This document shows, piece by piece, positions 8,774 to 18,199 of a stretch of 64,000 bases of DNA. The translations under genes and the position numbers were made by a program. This DNA is from Candidatus Latescibacterota bacterium (lineage in GTDB: Bacteria > Latescibacterota > UBA2968 > UBA8231), in NCBI GenBank assembly GCA_965217585.1, contig OZ244561.1, forward strand, positions 224,001-288,000, in the 5' to 3' direction. Each line of letters opens with the position of its first letter. Positions within the stretch are counted from its first letter, which is position 1. The notes beneath the pieces were generated by a model. That model did not search any database and was not told the DNA's origin. It worked only from the letters and a program-made list of their open reading frames with translations.

Positions 8774-10765
8774 TCAGAACACGACCTGCGATACGGCCTT
8801 GGAAATCAGCGCAATGGCAATGGACGTCATGCCAATCAGGCCCACACCGCACGAGTACCCGGCCAGTACGATGGGCGCGTACGCGTACCAGCGCTCGGGG
8901 CCAAAGCGCTTTTGCAAGTAGAAGCGGCCCAGCAGGGCACCGACGAAGTTGAGGATGGCAAAGTGCGGCCACCCGCCGAGGCCGGCGACAAAACCATAGA
9001 AGATCCCCAGCGGTGCGCTGAGTGCGCTCAGCAGCGCGTACAATGCGCCGCTAAAGACCAGCCCAATCCCGATGTAATCCCAGCGAATAATTTGCGTCAC
9101 CAAGCTCTGGCCCGCACCCGGCAGGGTGGACTTGGCCCAGAACGCCTGCATGGTGGCGTGGAAGGGCCACATCTTTTGCACGAACGGGTACGCCGAGGAA
9201 GGAATCGGCCCGAGCTTCCATATCAGCGACCAGAACAGGAAGCTACACACAAACATGACGGCCAAGGTCAGGGCCGTCATCTTGACGATGCTGCCAAAGC
9301 GGGTGCGCGTCAGCTCTAGCTGCTTGAATACTTGCGCCTCGTAGCCCCACTGGAAGATCGGCACCGGCGCGAACCAGATCCCGGCCCCTTGGTAGCCGGA
9401 CAAATAGAAGCTGGCCTCGCGCAGATAGGGAAAGGTCACCCCCTGCGGCGACCCCGTCAGGCCGATCATCCGCGTGCCGATGTACGAGTAGATCGGCGTC
9501 CACACAAAGCCGAAGAACGCCGTGATCCACCAGGGAAAATCGGGCACCAAGTAGTATACCATCAGCACGAAGCCCAGCGTGCTTACCGCCCAGATCCCCA
9601 AGGCCACGACAATGCGGATGTCGCCGCGCTCGGGGCTGGGGCCCCGGTCAGCTTCCCGAGCCGGCGCGCGCTCCTTGCCGACGGCGAGCAAGACCTTGCC
9701 CGCCGTATAAAAGCCCACGGCCGCGACCACGATGGCCCCACCCAGCGAAAAACTCAGCCAGAAGTCAAAGGTATTGGCAATCTGGGTGGGGATCGACGAC
9801 ATGCCCGGCTCCCAAGTGTACAGGATGCCGTAGGCATAGAGGATGGGGTTGGCGACCAAGTTGACCAAGATCGACGAAGCGAACACCCCTACTACAACCC
9901 AGAACGGCAGCACGAGGCCGAATAGTACGTGGATCAAATCCGTGGCCAAGCCGATGACCGCGGCGGGCAAAACCGCCTTTAGCGGCACGGTGAAGTCGAT
10001 GAAGGGAATCGGCAAAATCGACACGGTCTCGGTCAGAAAGACCGACGACAGCGTTGGCACCACCACGTAGAATATGCCCCATACCGCCCCGATAAAGGCC
10101 CCCGTGCTGAACACGTGCCAGCGCCAGCCCTCTTGCTTGGCCGAGGTCTCGGCGAGGGCGGTAGCACCGCCGGCCTGCACATAGGCCATGGGAAAGGGCA
10201 AGCGCTCGATGTCGTGGGTGATGCGGAAGAGCACGTAGCCCAATGACAAAGCGTTGACCCGCTGTAATGCAACGGCGCAGAGGAGGATGACGATGGGCCT
10301 AAGCCACGCGCTGTCGAGGAAACTGCGCTCTAAGAGCGCCTCCGACCCACGCGGGGGCACGACCCAAGTTGGAATGTGTTCAGCCAGTCCGTCGGCCTGG
10401 GGCGATTGGATCAGATACTGATCCCAGATCAACACGCCGAATGGGCCGCCGAAGAGGTCGGCCCCAGTGCCCAGCTTGCCGCCCATCATCACCAAGCCGC
10501 CAGCCACCCAGTAGAGGATGATGATCTCCTGCGTCCGCAGATACACGAAGGTGCGTTTGGCCATTTCGATAAACAGAATCAGGGTCACCCACTCGGCGCC
10601 CCCGGCCATGCTCATCCCGGTCACCAGCCCGAGGTAAATCGCGCCCGGCAGCATCACGAAGCCGACGAAAAGCGCCGCCCACAGGGTCTTTGCATTGAAG
10701 CCCGGTTCAAAGGGGGCGTCGGCGGGCATAACCGCGAAGCGCTCTTGGGCGTTGGCCTGTGACAA
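8774..10765 (-). CDS. OPT-like oligopeptide transporter
   Basis: Highly hydrophobic 663 aa; motifs ERLPFPMA and GPIPSSAYP. Confidence 0.75.
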   Translation of the reverse strand: MSQANAQERFAVMPADAPFEPGFNAKTLWAALFVGFVMLPGAIYLGLVTGMSMAGGAEWVTLILFIEMAKRTFVYLRTQEIIILYWVAGGLVMMGGKLGTGADLFGGPFGVLIWDQYLIQSPQADGLAEHIPTWVVPPRGSEALLERSFLDSAWLRPIVILLCAVALQRVNALSLGYVLFRITHDIERLPFPMAYVQAGGATALAETSAKQEGWRWHVFSTGAFIGAVWGIFYVVVPTLSSVFLTETVSILPIPFIDFTVPLKAVLPAAVIGLATDLIHVLFGLVLPFWVVVGVFASSILVNLVANPILYAYGILYTWEPGMSSIPTQIANTFDFWLSFSLGGAIVVAAVGFYTAGKVLLAVGKERAPAREADRGPSPERGDIRIVVALGIWAVSTLGFVLMVYYLVPDFPWWITAFFGFVWTPIYSYIGTRMIGLTGSPQGVTFPYLREASFYLSGYQGAGIWFAPVPIFQWGYEAQVFKQLELTRTRFGSIVKMTALTLAVMFVCSFLFWSLIWKLGPIPSSAYPFVQKMWPFHATMQAFWAKSTLPGAGQSLVTQIIRWDYIGIGLVFSGALYALLSALSAPLGIFYGFVAGLGGWPHFAILNFVGALLGRFYLQKRFGPERWYAYAPIVLAGYSCGVGLIGMTSIAIALISKAVSQVVF

Positions 10766-10785
10766 AGATCACTCCCCTCGTTTGC

Positions 10786-12438
10786 TCAGTTCTGCACCGA
10801 GTCGTCGTCCAAATACCGCAGATGCTCTTCGTACACGTCAATCTGCTCGGCGTATTTTTGGCGCAAATCCCGCAGATAGCCGTTGAAGAACTCCCGCTCA
10901 GTGCGCTCCCGCACGTCCCGCACCACCGCATTCCGCACCTGCTCTATATCTAGGCCGTGATAAATCTCTGGGGATCTTTCGATAACCCTGAAGATCGAGT
11001 ACCCCCCCCTCGTTTGAATCGGCCCTTGGAGTTGGTTCAGCTCGGCGTTCATCACCGCGTTCATCCAAGCCTCTCCCAAAAAGGGAGCCTGTGATTGGGA
11101 AACGTACAGGAGGCCATCTTCGGCGTTGCGGCGTCGGCTGTGGGCACGGGCCAGCTCCGACCAATCGGCACCCGCCTCAATCTGAGCTGCGAACTGGCGC
11201 GCCTCGCTCGGGGTCTCGAGCAAGATTTCCTCTAATTGCGCGTGGGGGGGGCTGCGGAAGCGCTGCTTGTGCTCCTCGTAGAAGGCCCGCAGCTCGTCCT
11301 CCGTCGGCGCGGGAGCCTCCGCCAGGATCTGCTCGCGCAGTTTCATCAGCATCAGGTTGCCCAACGCCAATTCATGCGACCGCGCGAAAGCCTCGGTTTT
11401 ATCGAGGCCCTTGCGCCGGGCGTCGTGGGCCATGATGCGGGTGGGGAAGTGACTTTCAGATAGTTTCTCGTTGACCGCGGCGGCGCTGGCTTCCGGCCAC
11501 AGTCGGCCCGATGGCCGCACGGCTTCTAAGACCTCTGCCACGTCCATCTGAAAGCCCTCGAAAGCATAGACTGGGTGCTGGCGCTGGGCCTCGTCCAAAT
11601 CCGCATAGCGGATCGCGCCCTGTAAGACGCCGACCGCTAGATCCATGCCCTCGGCGTCAAAAACCGTGTCCAAATCCCACTTGAGGTGCCGCAGGTACGA
11701 TTCGCGCAGTTGCTTTTGCTGCTCGTCGCCGAGTGCCTTGCGGATGCCGTCCTCGACCTCGACCAATTCAGCGCGGCGATGCTCCACCACTTTGGCGATG
11801 ACGAATCCTCCGTGCAAGGGGAGCGGTTCGGTCACGCCGCCCACGGGCAGGGCGAAGACCGCTTGCGCCAAGTCGGGTGGGCTGTCGAAGGGCGAATAGG
11901 CCAACCGCCGAATCTCGCCGGTATTCATGCCGTAATAGGGGTCAGCGGCGAACTGACGACCTGCTTCCGCAAAGTCCTCACCCTGCGCCAAAAGCGCTTG
12001 CACCTGACGCGCCTGTTCCCGGCTGGGCACGAAAATCTCCATGGTGGTGACCTTTTCTCCCCACCCCGGCCGCGCGTAGGCTTTTTCGATGTCGTCCTCA
12101 GTCACCGCGACCTTGGCCGCGACGTTGCGCCGCAACATCGCGTCGGCGAGGGCCTTGGTTTCGCGCTTGGCGAGTTCGGCTAAGACCGCTTCGTCGCGCT
12201 GCAAACCCCGTTTGTTGGCCGCCAAAAGCAGCACTTGGCGGTCAATGAGCGTCTGCAAGTTGTCCCGGTGCTGCGCGCGCATGGCGGCCGTTTTGAGATT
12301 GGCCTCAAAGGTGCGCAGATCGGTCGCGGTAATCTCGACCTCTCCGACCTTAGCCAGCAGCGAGGCGTTGTCTGGCCGCTCATCGCCACAGCTAATGCAG
12401 GCCCCGACTAGCAGCCCGGCCAACAGCGGTTTGTGCAT
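10786..12438 (-). CDS. Parvulin/PpiC peptidyl-prolyl isomerase lipoprotein (SurA/PrsA-like, two rotamase domains)
   Basis: Lipoprotein signal (ISC); GEDFAEAGRQF...VFALPVGGVTEP and GADWSELARAHS...GPIQTRGGYSIFRV; start reassigned to ATG 12438. Confidence 0.85.
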   Translation of the reverse strand: MHKPLLAGLLVGACISCGDERPDNASLLAKVGEVEITATDLRTFEANLKTAAMRAQHRDNLQTLIDRQVLLLAANKRGLQRDEAVLAELAKRETKALADAMLRRNVAAKVAVTEDDIEKAYARPGWGEKVTTMEIFVPSREQARQVQALLAQGEDFAEAGRQFAADPYYGMNTGEIRRLAYSPFDSPPDLAQAVFALPVGGVTEPLPLHGGFVIAKVVEHRRAELVEVEDGIRKALGDEQQKQLRESYLRHLKWDLDTVFDAEGMDLAVGVLQGAIRYADLDEAQRQHPVYAFEGFQMDVAEVLEAVRPSGRLWPEASAAAVNEKLSESHFPTRIMAHDARRKGLDKTEAFARSHELALGNLMLMKLREQILAEAPAPTEDELRAFYEEHKQRFRSPPHAQLEEILLETPSEARQFAAQIEAGADWSELARAHSRRRNAEDGLLYVSQSQAPFLGEAWMNAVMNAELNQLQGPIQTRGGYSIFRVIERSPEIYHGLDIEQVRNAVVRDVRERTEREFFNGYLRDLRQKYAEQIDVYEEHLRYLDDDSVQN

Positions 12439-12525
12439 AAAAAGAGGAGCTAGACGGAAGGTCCAGCTCCTCGCAATGAGATATCCTGCCATGCGTACTA
12501 TCCAGATGCGGAGCAGCGCCGGGAC

Positions 12526-13293
12526 TCAACCCGCCCTGCCCGCACTGGCCTTTTCCCTCGTTCCTTGGTCTACCGCGAAGCGGAACTCGACGTCGATGGT
12601 CTCTTCCGGATTGCCGCTGGCGTCAAACGAAAGCACGAATTCGTGGAATGTGAGCAGCAACTCGTCGTTTTCCGGTAGCAACGGGTCGAAGACCAACATG
12701 CCTTTTTGGCTGCTATCGCGGAAGATCGGTCGATGGCGGTGAAAGATCGTCTTGTAGATAATGCCCATGCGCTCCAAGTTGATTTCGCGCTCGTTACCCG
12801 AAGTGCCGAGTTCTATTTTGTAGTATTTGGTGAAGCTGTTGCCCCCCAACACGACGGCCCCCTCGCGCCCGGGATCGTAGTAGCGATGGGTCTCGCCACC
12901 CGATTCCATGGTCGCCTTGGCCGGATCGAATTCGATCTTAGCATAGGTCTTGTTTATGACCTCGACTTCAAAAACGGTAAACCGGGGGGGGGTATAGCCC
13001 TTTTCGGGATCGATGTCGTCTCGGGTGTAGGGGTTGACGTGGCGACCGTCGTACAGAGGTGGGAAGCGCTCGTTGAGCTCGGGGTCGCTCAGGTGCCGCA
13101 CCCGGATTAAAAGCCCCTCTTTGCTAAAGACCATCGAGCTGTCGTCTGGGTCGATGGTGTAATCGCCACGGCCCTCGGGCAGGACGGGCATCACGTGCAG
13201 GTCGTACTCGAGTTGGGGCGGTACCAGCCCTCCGCAACTCCAGACTAGCCCGAACGCCACTACTCCAAGAAACGCCACATACCTCGCTCTCAT
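12526..13293 (-). CDS. Conserved hypothetical lipoprotein (paralogue of 24331-25107)
   Basis: Lipobox VWSC; shares PVLPxG...IDPxDSS...YTPP..TVFEV.V.N.T...E.DP...FxLxFD...GNPxE with 24331-25107. Confidence 0.8.
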   Translation of the reverse strand: MRARYVAFLGVVAFGLVWSCGGLVPPQLEYDLHVMPVLPEGRGDYTIDPDDSSMVFSKEGLLIRVRHLSDPELNERFPPLYDGRHVNPYTRDDIDPEKGYTPPRFTVFEVEVINKTYAKIEFDPAKATMESGGETHRYYDPGREGAVVLGGNSFTKYYKIELGTSGNEREINLERMGIIYKTIFHRHRPIFRDSSQKGMLVFDPLLPENDELLLTFHEFVLSFDASGNPEETIDVEFRFAVDQGTREKASAGRAG

Positions 13294-13324
13294 AAAATTG
13301 CCACTCCCTTTTTGCTAGCTACCG

Positions 13325-13744
13325 TCAATTGGTTGGTTCCTCGGTCTCAATGTCGATCTGTCCTACACCCGCCATGGTGGCCGATTCCATTGCGTCGATG
13401 ATATGGCCGTGCGCAGCATCGGCATCCGCAGTGATAATCAGCGTCGATGAGCCGGTGCGGACCTTTTCGCGCTCTAGCCAGCTCGTTAGCTGCCCCATGG
13501 CCACTAGCTGCCCGTTGATTTCGAGCTGGCCCTCGCTCGAAATGCGCAGATTCAGCTTCTTCTCTGCCTTGAGCTGGTCGTAGTGCACCGAGTCGGGCAG
13601 CTCAATCCTGAGCTGAGTGGCCTTGACGAAGACCGTGGTGGTCATAAAGAAGATCAGCAGCAAGAACACCGCGTCTATCATCGGCGTCAGGTTCAGTTCA
13701 AATTCGCCGGCTTTTTCGGCCAGCGACTGTCTCCGTTTAGCCAT
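13325..13744 (-). CDS. exbD: ExbD/TolR family protein (Asp-containing)
   Basis: LNLTPMIDAVFLLLIFFM TM motif; IITADADAAHG; RBS upstream of ATG 13744. Confidence 0.92.
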   Translation of the reverse strand: MAKRRQSLAEKAGEFELNLTPMIDAVFLLLIFFMTTTVFVKATQLRIELPDSVHYDQLKAEKKLNLRISSEGQLEINGQLVAMGQLTSWLEREKVRTGSSTLIITADADAAHGHIIDAMESATMAGVGQIDIETEEPTN

Positions 13745-13748
13745 GCCG

Positions 13749-14168
13749 CTATCCTTCTCCGCTCTTGGCGAAAGCAATGGCCTCAATGCCCTCGCCGCGG
13801 GCAATGTCCATCACCTGCACCACATAGGAGTGAGGCACTGAACGCGCGGACTCCAAGATCACGTTCTTGGTATTGTCGGCCTCGATGACTTGACGAATCT
13901 TTGCCGCCAATCTCGCCTTGTCCGTGACCTCGCCGTTGACTTGGATCGTCTGATCCGGGTCAATCACGATGTTCATGTCCTTGGTCGCTCTCGACTCACC
14001 CTCGCCGCCCGGCAGATCTACGCTCAGGCCCTTGGGATTGACGAAAGTGGTCGCCACCATGAAGAACACCAACAGCAAGAACATGCAGTTGATCAGCGGA
14101 GTCAGATCCGGGTTCTCCGAGGTTTTGAAGGCGCTTTTGCCGAATCCGCTCTGTCGTCTCTGCCGCAT
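13749..14168 (-). CDS. exbD: ExbD/TolR family protein (conserved TM Asp replaced by Asn)
   Basis: DLTPLINCMFLLLVFFM; GLSVDLP; VVQVMDIAR. Confidence 0.9.
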   Translation of the reverse strand: MRQRRQSGFGKSAFKTSENPDLTPLINCMFLLLVFFMVATTFVNPKGLSVDLPGGEGESRATKDMNIVIDPDQTIQVNGEVTDKARLAAKIRQVIEADNTKNVILESARSVPHSYVVQVMDIARGEGIEAIAFAKSGEG

Positions 14169-14186
14169 CGCAGGGTCTCTTTCTGC

Positions 14187-14861
14187 CTAACTGGCCTCCC
14201 GCTGGCTGGCCTGGAAGCGCACCAACAGGGTATTGGCGAAGGCGTGGCAGTACAGTTCCACGCTCTTGAAGACCTTTTCCGCGCGACCGGAGAGGTAGCG
14301 GTGGAAGACGATGGTCGGAATGGCGACGATGAGACCACTGGCCGTCGTAATCAGGGCCTCGGAGATGCCGCTGGCCACGGCCGCCGGATCGCCGGCCCCG
14401 GCGCGGGCAATCGCGTCAAAGGCGTTAATCATACCCATGATCGTGCCCAACAGCCCCATCAGCGGGGAGAGGACGCCAATCGTTCCAAGCGCGTTGAGCA
14501 AGCGGCCGAGATACATCTCGCCGGCCTCCTCAGTGGCCAAGATCAATTCCTGGCGCATGTCCTCTAGGTCCGTGCGATTTTCCAGCACTAAGGTGTCGTA
14601 GCGCTTGACCAAGGCGGCGAAGACGAAGTTGAGCACGCCGCTGCCCTGCCGGAATAGTTCGACGGCTCCGCCTTCGCCTTGGCTTCTGAGCACTTCTTCT
14701 GCCTCGTTGAGCTGCTGTTCGGCCTCCTGTTCGCCCGGGACCGTCAGTAGGCGCCACAGCCGTTCTATAATGATGGCTAGAGCGATCAGCAAGCAGAGCA
14801 ACAGGGGCCACATGATAGGCCCGCCTTTGAAAAATTGGTCCACTAAAAAATTTTGCTCCAT
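14187..14861 (-). CDS. exbB: ExbB/TolQ/MotA proton channel protein
   Basis: GGPIMWPL, SPLMGLLGTIMGMINAF and GISEALITTASGLIVAIP. Confidence 0.93.
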   Translation of the reverse strand: MEQNFLVDQFFKGGPIMWPLLLCLLIALAIIIERLWRLLTVPGEQEAEQQLNEAEEVLRSQGEGGAVELFRQGSGVLNFVFAALVKRYDTLVLENRTDLEDMRQELILATEEAGEMYLGRLLNALGTIGVLSPLMGLLGTIMGMINAFDAIARAGAGDPAAVASGISEALITTASGLIVAIPTIVFHRYLSGRAEKVFKSVELYCHAFANTLLVRFQASQREAS

Positions 14862-14909
14862 TACAACCTCCCGGTATTGTGTCCTGCTTTGCGTTGCGTT
14901 GAAAGCTCG

Positions 14910-17900
14910 CTAGAGCCGGTTTTCCACGATCCACTCCCGGTGCATCTTGGCAAAACTGACCACGTCGGCGTTTTCCGGCTTGTCCCCACCCCTTTCTTCC
15001 ACTACCTGATAGTTTTCCACGGCCTGCGACCACTGGCGCGCGATTTCATAGGCCAGCCCTAGGTTGCAGTACGCGGCCAATTCGGTATAGGTGCCGGGGT
15101 ACTCGCGAATAATCTCCTGTAGGGCTGGCACAGCCCGGTCGTATTCTTTGGCTTCAAACAGCTTCATGGCCTCGTTGTATCTAAAGCTGGCCTGGATCTC
15201 GCTTAGCTCTTCCACCAAGGCTGTGGCCCTCGACGCCTCCTCGGAGTCTGGATATAGCTTGAGTACTCGCTTGTAGGCCGCCATGGCCTCGTCATAAGAC
15301 TGGATATTGTAGTAGTAGTCGCCAATGGTAAACTGCGCTTTGGGAGCAAACTCGCTACTAGGGTAATTGGCGACTAGGTCTTGCATCGCGCCTACTGCTT
15401 GCTCCATCTGCTCTTGTTCGACAAAGGACCAAGCCAACGCGTACTGCGCCGACCCGCCGTATCGGCCTTGGGGATATTTGGCCAAGAGTGCTTGGTATGC
15501 CGGCACAGCCTCGGCAAAGGCCTGCTCGTTGTAGTGGTTTTCGCCAATGAGGAAAAGCGCTTCTTCCTCGTATTGGGACTGGAGATAGCGCTCGACGAGC
15601 GCGGCAAAAGCGGCCGCAGCCTCCTTGAACTGGGTCAGGGCCTGGAGACTGTGGGCCAGATAGTACTGGCCGTGAATGCGGTTGGCATTGCGCGGATATT
15701 TGCCAACAAAGGCCCTGAAACTCTTGGCGGCGGTGGCATAGTCGCCGTAGCTGATTTCGGCAAAGCCCTTAGAGAAGGCCAAGTTGCCACTCTCGCCCGA
15801 GTTCGGATAGCGCTTGAGACCTTGGGCGAAGATGCGGGCGGCTTCCTCGTATTTCTGCTGCTGCAGCAGCGCGTTGCCGATGATGGAATAGGCTCGCTCT
15901 TTGCGGTAGTAACCAGCTTGGTTGTCGTCTTCAAACTGCATATCGAGGAGCTGGCGAGCGAATTTTTCGGCTTGGACGAAGTCCTGCTGATCGTAGTACA
16001 GCTCGGTTAGGAGCATGCTAAAGGTGGCCTGCTCCTGGGGGTCGGCCGACGCGGCGATAAGCTCTTGGTAGTAGCTGGCCGCCTCTTCTTGCCGCCCCAA
16101 GCGGATCATGCCAGCCCCCAGCGTGCGGAAGGCGCTGTCCTTGATCTGGGGCGCGGGATCGCTTTCAAGCAGGGCCTTCATATCCTCCAGCGAGGCCTCA
16201 TAAGTTATGCGGGCCTTGGCCGTGTCGCCGACGGCGTCTTGCTGTTTGGCGACCTCGTAGTAAGCACCGCCGCGGGCCAGCAGCGAATTTTGCAGGATGT
16301 GCACGGGCGGATTCAGCGCAATGGCCTGACCCCAAGAATCGATCGCACCCGCGAAATTGTCCTCGGCGAAATGCACCCGAGCCAAGGTGTAGTGCATCTG
16401 GCCTCTTAGGGTGTCGTCGTCGGCTCGATCCAAGGCGCGAGATAGGGCCTTGCGCGCCTTTTCGTACTCTTGTTTGCCCATATACAGCTCGGCCAACTCG
16501 ACCTGCACGGTAGGCCACTTGTCCCAACCCTCTTCCACCGTCTCATAGGCGGCGATGGCGCTGTCTGTATCCTCGAGGCGCTTATAGGTGAGTCCCAGTT
16601 CCATCCGCGTCGTATTGCGCAGTCCCGACTCCGGGAAGCGGTCGAGGAAGGACGCATATATCTCCTCGGCCCGTTTGGGTTCGGATGCGGCATAGGCGAT
16701 GCGGGCCAACTGCAAAAGGCCGTTGGGAGCCGCCGGATGGGCCGCGTATTCATCGACTAACCGCTGGTACAGCGGCTGCGCGGCTGCGTCTTTCTTTAGG
16801 AGCTGGTTGGCAAAGCCGGCGTTAAAAAGCACGTCTGGTATCAGGGAATTGTCCTCGTGCTGGCTCAAGAGCTGATCGTAGCCCTTGAGCGCTTTGGAGA
16901 TCTCCTCGGCCGCTCTAGCCGGGTCTTCGCTGCGGACCTGCCGCCCGTATTCTTGGTGGCACTGGGCGATGCGAAAGAGGACCTTGTAGCGGTCAAAGCC
17001 GATGCGCTGGGCCACATCGCCGTAGGCATTGAGGTATATCTCGTATTCTTGCGCCGACTTGAGGTACTCGTCCTGGTCGAAAAGCATCAGGGCAACCGTT
17101 AGCTGCGTGCGAGCCTGGAAGAGCTTGTCCTCGACCTTTTCGATGGCGTCCTTGTACGCGGCGATGGCCGCGGTCGTACCCTGCTCCTTCTGCACCAACT
17201 CGGCGGTGCGGATGTAGCTGTTTTGCACCAAGACCGGCTCAGCCGCGTATTCGACCGGGAGCACGGCATAGGCGGCGAGGGCCTTTTCGACCTCGCCGTT
17301 GCGCGCGTAGATATCGCCCTTTTTCAGGTGGGCCTTGGCGACTAGCTCGCGCGCGGTCTCCTTGACCAAACCCTTGAGCTTGAGGGTGGTCATCTCGATG
17401 ATTTCTTCCTCGGTCATCTGCGCGAAGTCGTAGCGGGCGATGAGGCGGTCAAGGAACTCCAGCGCATCCTCGTACTGCCCTAGCTTGTCGTAGCTCTCGG
17501 CGATCTGGAAGAGCGAGCGATCGGCGTTAGAGCCTCTCGGGGCCAAGATCAACACCTGCTTGAAGTTGGCGATGGCCTCCTCGTAGCGCCCCAATTCAAA
17601 ATAGGACCACGCTCGGTCGTAGTGAACGGATGCCTCGTAGAGGCTGTGGGGGAATCTGCGCAGCAGCGCGGCCCCCTGCTCAATGACCTGCTCGTACTCC
17701 TTGAGTTGGTAACTCGTCTGAATCATCTGGTACTGCGCCATCACTCGGGTGCGATCATCGACGCGCTCGTCCGCGGCTAGGCTGCGGAAGTGGTCGCGGC
17801 TCTTGTTGAGATCTTGCAGCGCCTCTTCGTAGCGAGCATCGGCCTCGGCCTCCTTCTTCTCCGAGCGCAAAAACTGCGAGCGCTGCAATTTTTCGAGACC

Positions 17901-18182
17901 TAGCTTGTTGTAGGTATTGCCTAGCTGGTAGGTGGCACCCACGCGCACTGGCAGAATGAACTCGTCAACCGCTACGGTTACATCCTCCACGTTGATCATG
18001 GCGTTGCTCTCCGTGGAAAGAATGACCTCATAGCGCTCAATGGCTCTGTCGTAGTCCCCCAGCGCATAGAGCTTCTGACCTTCCTCAAAGCGGTCTTGCA
18101 ACTCCACCGGCGAGAAGAAGCGCGTGCTCAGGCTGGCGGCCACGCCGACCGCTGCGATCAGCAGCAGATTTACCAGAATCAT
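14910..18182 (-). CDS. Large TPR-repeat periplasmic protein (CpoB/BamD-like repeats)
   Basis: N-terminal hydrophobic segment; many TPR units with YPxS...AQY/F patterns over 1090 aa. Confidence 0.88.
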   Translation of the reverse strand: MILVNLLLIAAVGVAASLSTRFFSPVELQDRFEEGQKLYALGDYDRAIERYEVILSTESNAMINVEDVTVAVDEFILPVRVGATYQLGNTYNKLGLEKLQRSQFLRSEKKEAEADARYEEALQDLNKSRDHFRSLAADERVDDRTRVMAQYQMIQTSYQLKEYEQVIEQGAALLRRFPHSLYEASVHYDRAWSYFELGRYEEAIANFKQVLILAPRGSNADRSLFQIAESYDKLGQYEDALEFLDRLIARYDFAQMTEEEIIEMTTLKLKGLVKETARELVAKAHLKKGDIYARNGEVEKALAAYAVLPVEYAAEPVLVQNSYIRTAELVQKEQGTTAAIAAYKDAIEKVEDKLFQARTQLTVALMLFDQDEYLKSAQEYEIYLNAYGDVAQRIGFDRYKVLFRIAQCHQEYGRQVRSEDPARAAEEISKALKGYDQLLSQHEDNSLIPDVLFNAGFANQLLKKDAAAQPLYQRLVDEYAAHPAAPNGLLQLARIAYAASEPKRAEEIYASFLDRFPESGLRNTTRMELGLTYKRLEDTDSAIAAYETVEEGWDKWPTVQVELAELYMGKQEYEKARKALSRALDRADDDTLRGQMHYTLARVHFAEDNFAGAIDSWGQAIALNPPVHILQNSLLARGGAYYEVAKQQDAVGDTAKARITYEASLEDMKALLESDPAPQIKDSAFRTLGAGMIRLGRQEEAASYYQELIAASADPQEQATFSMLLTELYYDQQDFVQAEKFARQLLDMQFEDDNQAGYYRKERAYSIIGNALLQQQKYEEAARIFAQGLKRYPNSGESGNLAFSKGFAEISYGDYATAAKSFRAFVGKYPRNANRIHGQYYLAHSLQALTQFKEAAAAFAALVERYLQSQYEEEALFLIGENHYNEQAFAEAVPAYQALLAKYPQGRYGGSAQYALAWSFVEQEQMEQAVGAMQDLVANYPSSEFAPKAQFTIGDYYYNIQSYDEAMAAYKRVLKLYPDSEEASRATALVEELSEIQASFRYNEAMKLFEAKEYDRAVPALQEIIREYPGTYTELAAYCNLGLAYEIARQWSQAVENYQVVEERGGDKPENADVVSFAKMHREWIVENRL

Positions 18183-18199
18183 GGTATCAATCTCCTAGC

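Noticed and set aside
7573-8952. 459-aa plus-strand ORF and many similar long antisense ORFs (e.g. 22257-23333, 36635-37633)
   Set aside because: Shadow ORFs of GC-rich genes with no recognisable motifs.
13325-18182. Canonical Tol-Pal or TonB uptake locus
   Set aside because: No tolA, tolB, pal, TonB C-terminal domain or plug-containing receptor could be recognised.
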